DNA of 64,000 nucleotides from Bugula neritina (Eukaryota > Animalia > Bryozoa). The translations under genes were made by a program, and so were the position numbers. Location of the stretch: NCBI GenBank assembly GCA_964035545.1, contig OZ037766.1, forward strand, positions 24,606,126-24,670,125. Reading direction: 5' to 3'. This document shows positions 40,124 to 52,100 of the stretch, one piece after another (position 1 is the first letter of the stretch; each line of letters starts with the position of its first letter). The notes beneath the pieces are model-generated. The model saw only the letters and a list, made by a program, of their open reading frames with translations. It did not search any database and had not been told where the DNA came from.

Positions 40124-43100
40124 ATGGCCCAGGAGCACTTTAGGTATGTATTTTACTCTATTTAATTTGATTTTTATATAATTTTCATTTTCTTCCAGTC
40201 AGCACTGTACAAGGTTTGGTTTTCAACTCTGATGTTCATGATGATGATGATCGCATTTTGATTTTTGTTGAAATAAAAATAAAAGTCAAGTTTAACTTGG
40301 AACCTAACTTCAAGATATTGATAAAGATCGAGATGAAGAATAAGTGTATTGGTATGCCACCCAGAAGTATTGGCAGGCAGCCAATCATTAAAGCTTTCAA
40401 GCTTCAAAAGCTTTCACCAAAGCTACTATTAGCTGGCAGAGCTAGTTCATTCACTGTACTGCATGAGTCAGTGTATCATGATCAAACCGCCATATTTACA
40501 CTCTTTGTATGAATAAACTATCGGTTTCGGTATTGTGATGGCTAAGATTTTTATCCACGCATCAATATTGGTACGATTTGACAGTTAATAAACTCGAAAA
40601 CCTGTTGCCAAGTTGGCTAGTAGTTAAAGCATATCTTGCAACCAGACACAAACACAAACCGATACAGTACCAATATTGCTGAGGCTGACATGGACCGACA
40701 GGACATAGTTAATCTCAAAAAGCAACGTACTACTCTGAGGTCTAAGGTAACAATGCTAACTAATCTCATAGAATCAGCAATCTCTAGTAGCAACTCTACA
40801 CAAGTGGAATGCCTGCGATCTCAGCTTGAATCTACATATCAAGAGTTTCTAACTATCCATTATGACTTTTTGGAATATGTTTCATCAGATGAGTCTATGG
40901 AAGACATTGCTTATGTTAATAAGATGAGTCCAGTAGAGTACTATCAAGCTGTGAAGGCTAGTTATGACAAAGCTATTTCTGACTGTAATACTTGGCATAG
41001 CAAATTCTATAAAATCAAGCACAGCCTTATTTTAGCAATTAAGAAAGCCAATGGATTAGTTACTGATTGTACTGACAATACTCTTATCACTGAACATCAT
41101 AGGAAATGTGTAGCTCTTTCAGAAAGTTTGGCAGATACCATAGGTTTTTCTGATTTATTATTAGAACTAGACGAAGTTATTTTATCTTTAGATTATTGTA
41201 TGTCTAAGTTTACTCTTATGTCAAAGGCTCAGTCACAGAGCATGAGTTTCGAACACCGTGAATCTGATCCGTCCGTGGTCCGGTCCGGTCCCGCGGAGAG
41301 CGGTGTGGGTGGGGGGTCACCTTCAGACGGCGCGAGTCATGCACCGACTATGGTCGCGTCGAGTCGGTTGTTTTCTTCTAGATCACACCCTAGCACACAT
41401 GAGGCTACTCTTGCACCAAATCCAGGTGTCACAGCAAGCGGTAGTGATAGGCAGGTACTACGGGAAGATCACACATCCGGTGAAGCTTTGGCATCAAATC
41501 CAGGTGTCATAGCAAGTACCAATGTCAGAGATGTTCGTTTTTCTTCATTCTCAGTACGTGATCTACATGGTAGTCCTGATCGTGCAGCTCATTCTGAATT
41601 TTTGATTCGCGGCGCAACTTCCTCGGTTGTCAATGCATATGATAGCTACCCTAATGGAACTAGTCAAATAAGTTATGACTCTAGACATACAAGTGGAAAT
41701 AACTTCAATTCATCTATACATAAAACTCATTCACAACCCAAGCCATTTAACGGCACCAGATACTATTGGCCGGAATTTAGGTCAGTATGGCTAAGATATG
41801 CCACTATGTTTTACGATGATGTTGATAGGGCTTGTGAATTAAAAAAATTTCTCACTGGCGAAGCTCTGGAGATGGTTCAGCCAATCTTCGCAACTCAGCC
41901 TCAAGCTTACGAGAGAATGATGTGTAGATTAGAAGAGGTCTACAACGATCCTAGCATGAGTGTGCAAGCAGTCTTCAACAATCTACAAGAACTAAAGCCA
42001 GTAAAGGAAGGAGATGCACGAGAACTCGTCAAAATGGCCAATGCAGTGGAAAGTTCGTACAGCCAACTCGGTGAAGTGGGACTTTTGCAAACTGTTACGC
42101 TGCCACAGGTCGATACTCTTGCAAACCTATTACCTACAAGCATTAGACGGGACTGGGATAGACACTTTCACTCACTTACTCACGAGGAGAGAATCAAGCC
42201 ATTCCCACACCTCATGAGGTTTCTAGAGCAGGAACGGCAGATAGCCCTCAGACGCATAGAAACTGTAAACCCGCAGTCCTCCAGTATGCATAAACAGAAG
42301 GTGAAAATGTTCCACGCTGAAAGTAGTGGCCCAAAGTCTAGTAGTAACAGGTCTACTAATAATAGCAAAATCATTGATAGTAAGAATTACTGTTTTATTC
42401 ATTGCAGTAAGCGTCATTGTCTTGTTGAGTGCAGAAATTTCTTGGCGTTGTCTGTAGAGGAAAGATACAAGTTAATAAAAACTAATTCTCTATGTGTTAG
42501 GTGCTTGGGTGCCCATGAGCCTAAGCGCTGTCCAAATTTCCGAACCCCTTGTTCAGTCTGTGATAAAACAACTCACCATGTATTATTGTGCATCAAATCA
42601 GCTGAAACTAATACACATACCAATTGTAATACCAACAAGAATAAACTAAAAGCTGATCAAATTAAGCACAAAAGTAACGAAAATTCTGAAACGCCTGCTG
42701 TTAGCACCACAGTCCATGTGTCTCCCAATCATGGAGCGCACAATCATCCAGGAAATGCTACAGTATTTGCCATTCAGCAGGCTCAAGTAGTGGGTACATC
42801 TCATACAGCTATTATATTCTTTGACGGCGGATCCAATGCGTCATTCATATCGGAGAGAGCTGCTAAAGCGTGGGATGCGCGACAGATAGATAAGGTGAAT
42901 TTGGAAATGAACACACTTGGTGAACATGAAGTTAGCGAAACTTCTACTATTTATGAAGTAAAGTTACAAACTCCAAAGGGAAGGACCTTTGCAATTTTAG
43001 CTTACAGCCTTCGGAAACTCACAGGGGCTATCAACAGGCCACTTGATGCAAACATCCTCAAATCTCTCTTCCCGAAAGTAGATACTCACAAGCTATTGAA

Positions 43101-46100
43101 GAAGACGGGACCCATCGACCTGCTAATTGGTAACGATCTTCTTGGATTGCATCCAAAACACCAAGTTGATCAAGCAGGACCTCACCTCTATGTATATTCC
43201 GGACCCTTTGGACTGTGTGTGCAGGGATCACACCCTGCCCTTAGCAACTTTTCTACACTTCCATCCTCATCTTTTCATGTACAGGCTACCATGGCGCATG
43301 AGAAGTTAGAGGAAGTTGAATTCACTCAAAGCATACACAACGACACGCTCAACAGTTGTGATTTTGAATTGTCTACAGTTTCTACGCCAACTTACAGTGT
43401 CAATAGTCCCGACGCATCTCCCAGTCAGTTTGCAAAGTCATTTTCAAGACCTCAGACTATTATAAATTATGGTGAATCACATACTATAGCCACTGAATGT
43501 GGTATGATTGAGTCAGCCGATGATTCCGACCCTTTACAGAGCCCGGGAGACCCAGACACTGAGTCTGCAGGACAAATCGGTTCTGGACAGTTGAACAGAT
43601 CTTTAGAAGTCAATGACTCTATGTCCATGTCTGTAGAGATTAAAAGAAAGTATGAATTTACTAGCAGTACCTCTATCACACAATCCACGCCTGTTCCGGC
43701 CAATGAGAGGGCAGAATCTAAAGCGACTGCTAAAGGGGTAAACAAAGCTACAGCTAAATGTCGTATAGCACCCATAAAACAACAACTCAAGATTCCTCAA
43801 CTAGAACTCAATGCGGCCGTATGGTCAAAGAGAGGCAGACAAGTTATTAAGACTGAAATGCGCTATGAGTTTGAGAAAGTTTATCAGCTTATCAATTCTA
43901 AAACGGTGCTCAAGATGTTCCAAAAGAAGTCAACAAGGTTTCATGTTTACGAAGGTGTACGCATTGGAGAAATTCAAGGAGCAACCAATGGGGATATGAG
44001 CTGCTGGCACTGGGTAAGTGGCAAGGAAAACACAGCAGATTGGCTTACAAGAGGGAAGCCTGTCAATGACATTGGACCTGAGAGTGAATGGTGGAGAGGC
44101 CCAAATTTTCTCTATCTGCCTGAGGATCAATGGGATATAAAATCGCCATCTGACTCGAATGAGCTTGTCTTTGGAGAGAAGAAAATAGTTTACACCGTCA
44201 CTGCATCAACAGAAGTCCAATCATTTATTAAATATGAAAATTTCAGCAGCCTCAAGAGTCTAACATGGACAATAGCTCGAGTTTGCAACATCTTCAAATA
44301 CAAAAGTTTTAAGGGAATCCAATCTGATCTCATCACCGTGGAAGATCTACGGCAGACCAAACTCTACTTACTGAAGCAGGTACAACGCACTATAGATTCT
44401 GAGTTGAGCAAGATTAAAGAGAAATACACAAGGCTTCACCCCATTAAGACAGAGAGTGAAGTATGGATAGTAGGCAGTAGACTCCTAAGGCATAACCCCA
44501 TGACAGCGATTAAAACGCACACGCAATCAATCTTTCCCACCTCTCACTACTTTACTTACTTGGCAATGCGGCAGGCACACATAAACAGCTATCACCGTGG
44601 CCGAGATGCAACACTCGCAAGATTCCGAGAAGAGTTTTGGACTATGCAAGGATCTAAGGTTGCTAGGGGCATAGTAACATCATGCCAAATGTGTCGACTC
44701 AAACAACCTCGCTTTACTGATCAACTGATGGGAAGTCTTCCTACAGAACGACTAACGACCGGACCGCCATTCAACAATGTAATGATAGATCTTTTTGGTC
44801 CGTATATTGTGAGAGGAGAAAAACAGACTAGAACTTCGAGCAAAGCTTATGAAGTAATATTCACAGACATCAGTTCACGAGCAGCACACATCGAAGCAGT
44901 TTTCGGATATGACAGTGATTCTTTCCTGTTGGCATTAACTCGATTCGTCAACATTCGTGGCTGGCCATCCAAGATTTATTCTGATCCTGGAACACAGTTA
45001 GCTGGAGCAGAAAAAGAACTCAAAGATATGTGGAGACGCATGGACAAAGATTCTATCAAGAAAACCAGTGCAGAAAATGGGTTGCAATGGGAATTTGGAC
45101 CTGGTGACAGCCCCTGGTATCAGGGCGCTGCTGAATCACTCATAAAGGCTGTCAAGAGATGTTTCACATTTTCAAAGAGCAACCGCCGGCTTTCACCTAC
45201 AGAATTTCTCACAATCTGCACTGAAGCTGCAAACACACTAAATGAAAGGCCATTGGGATTACTGCCAGATTCAGACTCTGAGATCAACATATTAACACCT
45301 AACTGTCAACTTATTGGACGACCCTTCATCAAGAATCCTGGCAACTGGAATACAGACTACTCCTTAAGGGGGCGACTGGCTTTGGTAAATACAGTCTCAG
45401 ATGACTTCTGGCGGAAGTGGACCGAATTGTATGCACCCACACTGATTCATCACCAAAAGTGGCATACCCCAAGACGAAACTTTCAGGTGGGAGATGTTGT
45501 AGTGGTTATGGATCCAAATCAGCTGCGTAATCAGTATAAACTAGCTCGAGTACATCAAGTATATCCGAGCAAGGATGGCGTAGTAAGAAAAGTAGCCTTT
45601 TCCTACAAAAACTATAAGGTAGCAGGGAAACTGAGGGACTATGTAGGCTGTAAAGACAATATCATAACCCGCAGCGTGCATAGGTTGGCTTTATTAACTG
45701 AAGTGAACCCATAAATGACTGATCTACCTTCTTGGCCGCGTGTACGCTCGTGTCGCTGGAGGGGTCTGCATTCAACCATTTTTCGGGGGACGGGCTGGTG
45801 CGCGGAGGGGTCAGCGGATTGGTGCAAGAATTTCATGGTCTGTGACTGATCCTATTTTGTTTTGTTTGTTTTGTTTGTTTTGATTTACATAATTTATCAA
45901 TATTTGTCAGAATAGTATCTGCCAAACAATTCGACCCCACCGATGTATTGGTATGCCACCCAGAAGTATTGGCAGGCAGCCAATCATTAAAGCTTTCAAG
46001 CTTCAAAAGCTTTCACCAAAGCTACTATTAGCTGGCAGAGCTAGTTCATTCACTGTACTGCATGAGTCAGTGTATCATGATCAAACCGCCATATTTACAC

Positions 46101-49100
46101 TCTTTGTATGAATAAACTATCGGTTTCGGTATTGTGATGGCTAAGATTTTTATCCACGCATCAATATTGGTACGATTTGACAGTTAATAAACTCGAAAAC
46201 CTGTTGCCAAGTTGGCTAGTAGTTAAAGCATATCTTGCAACCAGACACAAACACAAACCGATACAATAAGACTTATTTTAGAACCAACATGAAAATTTTG
46301 TATTTATTGAAACTTGCAAGTGAATGTTCACGTTAGGTTGGTTGTAACTTTGAATAATATTAATTGAAGTTTATAAAATAAAATGGAATTGAAATTGATT
46401 CAAATAATTGAAATGATAAAACTCTGATACTGATAGTGATTTTATTTTAACAATAAAGTTTTGTTTTACGGTTTTGCTTCAAACTTGATTAAAATTGCTG
46501 TGCCCAGGGAGTAGAGTGAGGGCTACATGTAGTTGAAATCAGAATCCAATTCAAACTATATTTATAATTATTGTTAGCACTCAATCAGTAGTCTCCAATA
46601 GTAATACTATTGGTTTTTGAGTTACTATTTACTTTTAGTATTAAAATCTAGGTATTACTATTACTATTAGTATTGGTTTAGCTTCAACTTTTGGTTAACA
46701 TAAGTTTTATTTTCACTTGTTCTCATAGTGATAGTGTTAGTTTAAGTAATTACTTATAGTTATTACTAATTAGTTATTAGCCCTAGCTTAGCCTCAAATT
46801 TGAAATTTAAAGTTGAAAAATTTTGAACTTATCTTTGAAATAGAATTATATTGTTTTAAAAGCTAGCTTAAAATGAAAATATCCAATTTGATTTTAAATT
46901 TATGAAATTATGGTAGCTAAAACAAATTATGAGAAATTAAATAGCTCTAATGGCTAATCATTGAATTATTTAAAAGTGCACCTATGTTACTTATAATATA
47001 ATATAAGGTAAATATTAAATTAGAAAATTGAATTTCTCAGTTTTTTTTATGAACCTGGGAATGCATTGTCATCTATTTTTTAAGTTCAGTGATAAGTTTT
47101 TATAAGGTGTACGTCATTGAAATGCCATTTAAAAGTATCAAATTGACAGGCTGTTTTAGCATTAGTGAAACATCTACGACTATAGCACTGTCTTACTAAG
47201 TTAAATATTAAGTGAACGTAGCTATAAAGTTGATCCCATCTCTTTATCACCATATTAGTCGTACTTTTACTCAGTTGAGGTTTCATTAGACATTGTATTC
47301 AATTTCATATATTTAAACTAATGTAGGGATGCGGAGACCTAACCTAATTATTAAATTGTGAAAGCAATTTGTTGGTAAACATTAAGGTTTATTCTGGTCA
47401 AAGTATCTATCCATACTAAACTACTTCATTTTAGTTTTAATGAAGTGATTTTTGATAACAAATATAGGTTGTGCAAAAGTAAAACTGTGCAATCGCTGTC
47501 ATGTTATAGCAACAATTATTTGTTTATGCATTTTCGTTATTATGGAGTATTTTAAACTTAGTCACCAATAATTACAATATTTCCAAAGGTTGCTGACAGT
47601 ACAGGGCAATAGCATACTCAATATTGTTACCAAATTTGTTGACAAATGGTGTCTAAGACCTGCGTTGCAAGTGCAGTTAAACATTTAGTGAAAATAGAAA
47701 CATTCAATTAAATATTAACCTGTAATTAGCTCATATATACTATGGTTTGGCATTTGCCTATTTTCTAGATCTAATATTTTAAAAATATGTACTTACCATT
47801 TATTTAATTTTTATAACGTTTTAGCAAAGGCAATCAGGCTTTCGTAGACGAAGATTATGCAGAAGCTGTAAAGGTTAGTTATAAAAATGTTATGGAAAGT
47901 TTCAATGCTTGTGAGCAGTAGTAGCACTGTTACAGCACAGTGCAGTTGTTTGACAGAATTACCCTCATCTAAGTTTGTTTAATTGATTAAATAACAAATG
48001 ACATGTGCACAAAACTGGCTTGCGTTTTTGCTATAAAATATCTTTTTAATATTTTTCAAGCTGTTTTGTAGTGTTGTTGTATTCATCCCTACGAATTTAT
48101 CCATACTTTGTTACTGTATGAATGCTATTCTAACTTTGTTAGTGTTTCTAGCACTACACTGATGTTATTATAACTCTATTACCATGTGTTTTAGCACTAC
48201 ACTGGCATTATTCTAGCTCTATTAGCATGTGTTTTAGCACTACACTGATGCTATTCTAGCTCTATTAGCATGTGTTTTAGCACTACACTGATGCTACTAT
48301 AGATCTATTAGCATGTGTTTTAGCACTACACTGATGCTATTGGAGATAACCCGGAACATGCTGAATATTATTCCAGCAGATCTTATGCTTATTTACGACT
48401 CAACAACTATCCAGGTAAATGTTCCTTGTATTGCTTGAATACCCATACTCTTATCCAGTGTTGTGGGTTGCATTTCACATAATCAATGAAGTTGAGTAGT
48501 CTTTGCTTACAAGCTTGATGATGAGAAAATTCTAGAAACTTTGGTTGATTTTTTGCTTTTATAAGTTTTTTTTATTTGAAGTTTTTGGTATTTTATGCTA
48601 AAATATGTATATTTATTCGAGTGTGCTTAGGTTTTAGAGCTTGCTGAAACAATGAAACATGGTATTATTTTTAAACATTTCAATTCTGTCTAGAATTGCT
48701 TTTTTGAATTTAATCAAAGTTTTTATAATCCAATAGTTTTTAATAGCTGAGTAATATTTTTCTATTGGGTAAACTCTGTTTTGTGCATTTATTTTACAAG
48801 TAAATATGTCATATGATTATTGCACTTGGCATTTAACTCTGGTCAAATAAATTTTATCTATATACAGCTATTCGTAATCAATTCACATGGTTTAGATTTC
48901 ATTTCCATACGAATTAGTGATGGTTATTTAATGGAATAGTTAGCAGTCTAGATGCCACATAATTATAAAGAACAGCTCAGAAGGACTAGGCTTTTATATG
49001 CCTGCTCTTTGCAAACAGCAAATTGTTGGGAAGTCTTTTATTTTGATATTGTACAGCACGCCTACCTTCCTTTATATTTGAACATAAACTTAAAAACTAT

Positions 49101-52100
49101 TTTTTGCTGTAATAGATATTAAGAAACTTTATAGTTAATCTTATTGAGAATTGGTGGCAGTGTAGTAGTTCTTGATGATGATAACTAGAAATTCCTCACC
49201 TTATACAGGAGCAATGTGTTGAATATTAACCATGTGGGATTTGTCTCCCCTTATAGATGCCCTATCAGATGCTGTCAAGGCGTTGAATATTTCACCAAAA
49301 AATGTCAATGCTTTGGTAAGGAAAGGAATAGCCCTGTATAACCTGGGTCAGCTAGAGGAGTCTATGGTGGAATTAGAGGCAGCCAAGGCATTGGATAAAG
49401 GTTTCATAATATAATACAGTATACACACAGTTGTATAGTATCTTACCTTTGGGTTGTATAATATTATACATATGAGTTATATGATATTCTATAGCCTATA
49501 GTAATTTTAATAGTATAAAATCTATAAGCGCTAATAGTATATATTGTAGCACACTTATGTTATAATACATGCCGTAATGCAATATATACTATGGGTGCAA
49601 TTATAATGCATTATAATACACATTTGCAAGTATGAAATAGTAAGTTTATAAGTTGCATTTCATATAATTCAATGAATTTTATACTACATTATAACTGCAG
49701 CTTATATTTAGTATAATTATATTATGCCAACTTCTTGATAAAAATTTTGGGTAGATGGTTTGAATTGTATAAAATACTTGTTCAGTTCTCTTACTGTGAT
49801 ATATTTGTTGGAGCTTTGCCAACTAATCTCTATGTCTCACAGATAACCAAAACAGAAGCCTGCCTGAGTGGTATGAGAAGTGTAGCATAGATCTAGAGAA
49901 GAAGAAGGCAAGTGAGCCCCCACCCCCTCCTCCCCCTCCTACCATCAGGTTAGACTAATTTCTTATATTAGAAACACTCTTTTACTCATTCACCAGTTGG
50001 ACTAAGCAAACCTATTATATTTTATTAAATATGGTAGTAATAACTGTGTAGTCTCAGTTCCGACATGATAAGCATTGTATAAATGATATACCCTTGTGCT
50101 AGTTATTGTGTGTTGTGGAGTTACTGTGAACATATGCTACCCTAGATATGACTGGTACCAGACAGAGGCTAATGTAGTGGTAACCATCTTAGTGAAGAAA
50201 TTACCTCAAGACCATTTTAAACACGAAGTCACTGATAGCACTGTAAGTTGTCTTCTCTTTTCTACTAATCTAAAATTTAGGCTAACTTTTGTGTTTTAGT
50301 ATAACAGCTCAACTACAAAAGTGTAGGGAAGCTTGAGTGTGAGCAAAATAATGCCGAAACACACTGGAAGTGCAGCTAACAATCTGTCTGTCTAGCGGAA
50401 TTTAATAATTAATTTACTGCAGCACTGCATAATAAATTAAGCACACATTTTTCTTAATTTTTTATAATTCTATTCAAATAAATTATGTCTTTTAAAGATA
50501 ACAATTTAGTATATACAGAATTTCCCACTATTACATCATCATTTTTCCAAATAGTAACAAAGATATTTAGTTTAATTTATTACATGCTAAATTCTACTGT
50601 AAATTTACTCGTTATTTTAATAAAATGTGTTTTTGCTGTATTCATTCTGGATGATAAAACAATATCTCAATCCTAATTAAAGAGAAATTAACCATATCAT
50701 TTAACGTACACTTTTGGTTTTCTAAATTTAAGTGCAAGTATGCAACTATAGAAAGTTAGAAAATTTTAATATTGTATGTGTTGTGAAAATTGACCTAAAA
50801 TTGTTGTTGAAACACATTTTTGAATGATTGTGTCAGATGATTTATCTACTCTTTGATTCATATCACTCCAATACTGTTACACTCCCTCACTCATGTTAAT
50901 CACTCCTACATTATCTGCTTACATATGCTGTTATCTACCTGTTTAACGCTGGCTTTATTATAAGCAGCATATACCTTGGTTTTACTGTTTTAGCTTTCAA
51001 GTCTGCTGATTTTTAAAGCTTTATAACTGGTTTGGCAATCAAATAAAAAATTATTTTATTTTCAATGCTAATATTGGGGGAATTTATTGAAAATAAAATA
51101 TGTAATATGTTTAAAAAAAACTCCATACTTATGATGCGAGAAATTGTCTAAATTTCTGTTCCCTATTCTCATAAAATCTTATATTGAAGAGGAGAAAACT
51201 CCAATGTATTTTATAATTTAAGTTGACAAATACTCATTAGGATGTCTGCAATATTAATAATATGGATTATAATTTTAGGATTTGTTTAAAATTTCGAAAT
51301 GTATGTATATTAATTTTGTATCTCACTTGTGTTTTGTAGCTGGACTTAGAACTTATTATACCTGGTACAAGTTCAGAATGGAAGCAGCATTTCAACCTGG
51401 CTCATGAAATAGATAGCTCTAAGAGTGTGGTGAAAGTCTTGTCTACTAAGGTGAGCTGATAGCTGCTAGATTACACTAGGTGCACACGCAGTGTTCTATT
51501 TATTGTATCATCTGCCATCAGAGATAAACAGTGCTTCCAGACAAAATAAAGTAGGAATTTGATAAAATTTTCAAATCTGAAGAATAATAAAATAATAGAA
51601 GTAATAAATCTGAGATTGTTTTTATTCTTCTGGTACTCTGATATTCTTACTCTGCCATTACTAACAGCTGAATAATATGGCATCAGAATCAGAAAAAGTA
51701 AACTAGGCTAGGCTAGCTTTTAGCTATTGCTTGATAAAATCTGTTGTTTAGCAACAATAGTTAGGGTGAAGCTGATGAGAAGGTGCTCAGTTTATATGTG
51801 CAAACGTAATAGTAACTGCATTTATAAAAGACAACTCCAAAGTTTTGTCTCGGCTTACTTTCACAGCCTGTTCGCACACTATTATAGTGAAACTGTTTTT
51901 GAGCTTCTTACCATAAGTTGACGATGCCTCCTTTCAGGAAACGTTATACAAGAAATAATATACAAAACATGTTAAATTTCTGCAATATTTTCAAAAACAA
52001 TATTCTTGCATACTGCCTAAAGCTCAATATTGTTGTTAAATGAGTATTAGAGGTAAAGAAAAGTGTGCAGCTTATGTTGACAACTGTTTGGCTATTAGAT

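Larger units (their letters stand above)
40345..46265 (+). mobile_element. BEL/Pao LTR retrotransposon, RT-deleted (non-autonomous), recent insertion in SUGT1 intron 1
   Basis: TG..CA LTRs of 322 bp at both ends, no mismatch seen by eye; 5-bp TSD ATAAG (40340-40344, 46266-46270); single gag-pro-(partial RNase H)-integrase ORF. Confidence 0.95.

Noticed and set aside
40636-40689. ORF-track start of the 1692-aa polyprotein
   Set aside because: It is a TTG inside the LTR; the first ATG is 40690.
41258-45836. Short overlapping or antisense ORFs in the retroelement and opposite BHMT exons; possible env gene
   Set aside because: Shadows of coding sequence with no motifs; only ~230 bp lie between the stop and the 3' LTR.
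45928-45943. Element read in reverse, with TCGGTGGGGTCGAA as a minus-strand PBS
   Set aside because: ORF and LTR AATAAA signals are on +, the sequence does not start with TGG at the LTR edge, and the opposite end has no PPT.
48141-48341. CRISPR-like array
   Set aside because: Head-to-tail 43-bp units without unique spacers, in a eukaryotic gene; no cas genes.
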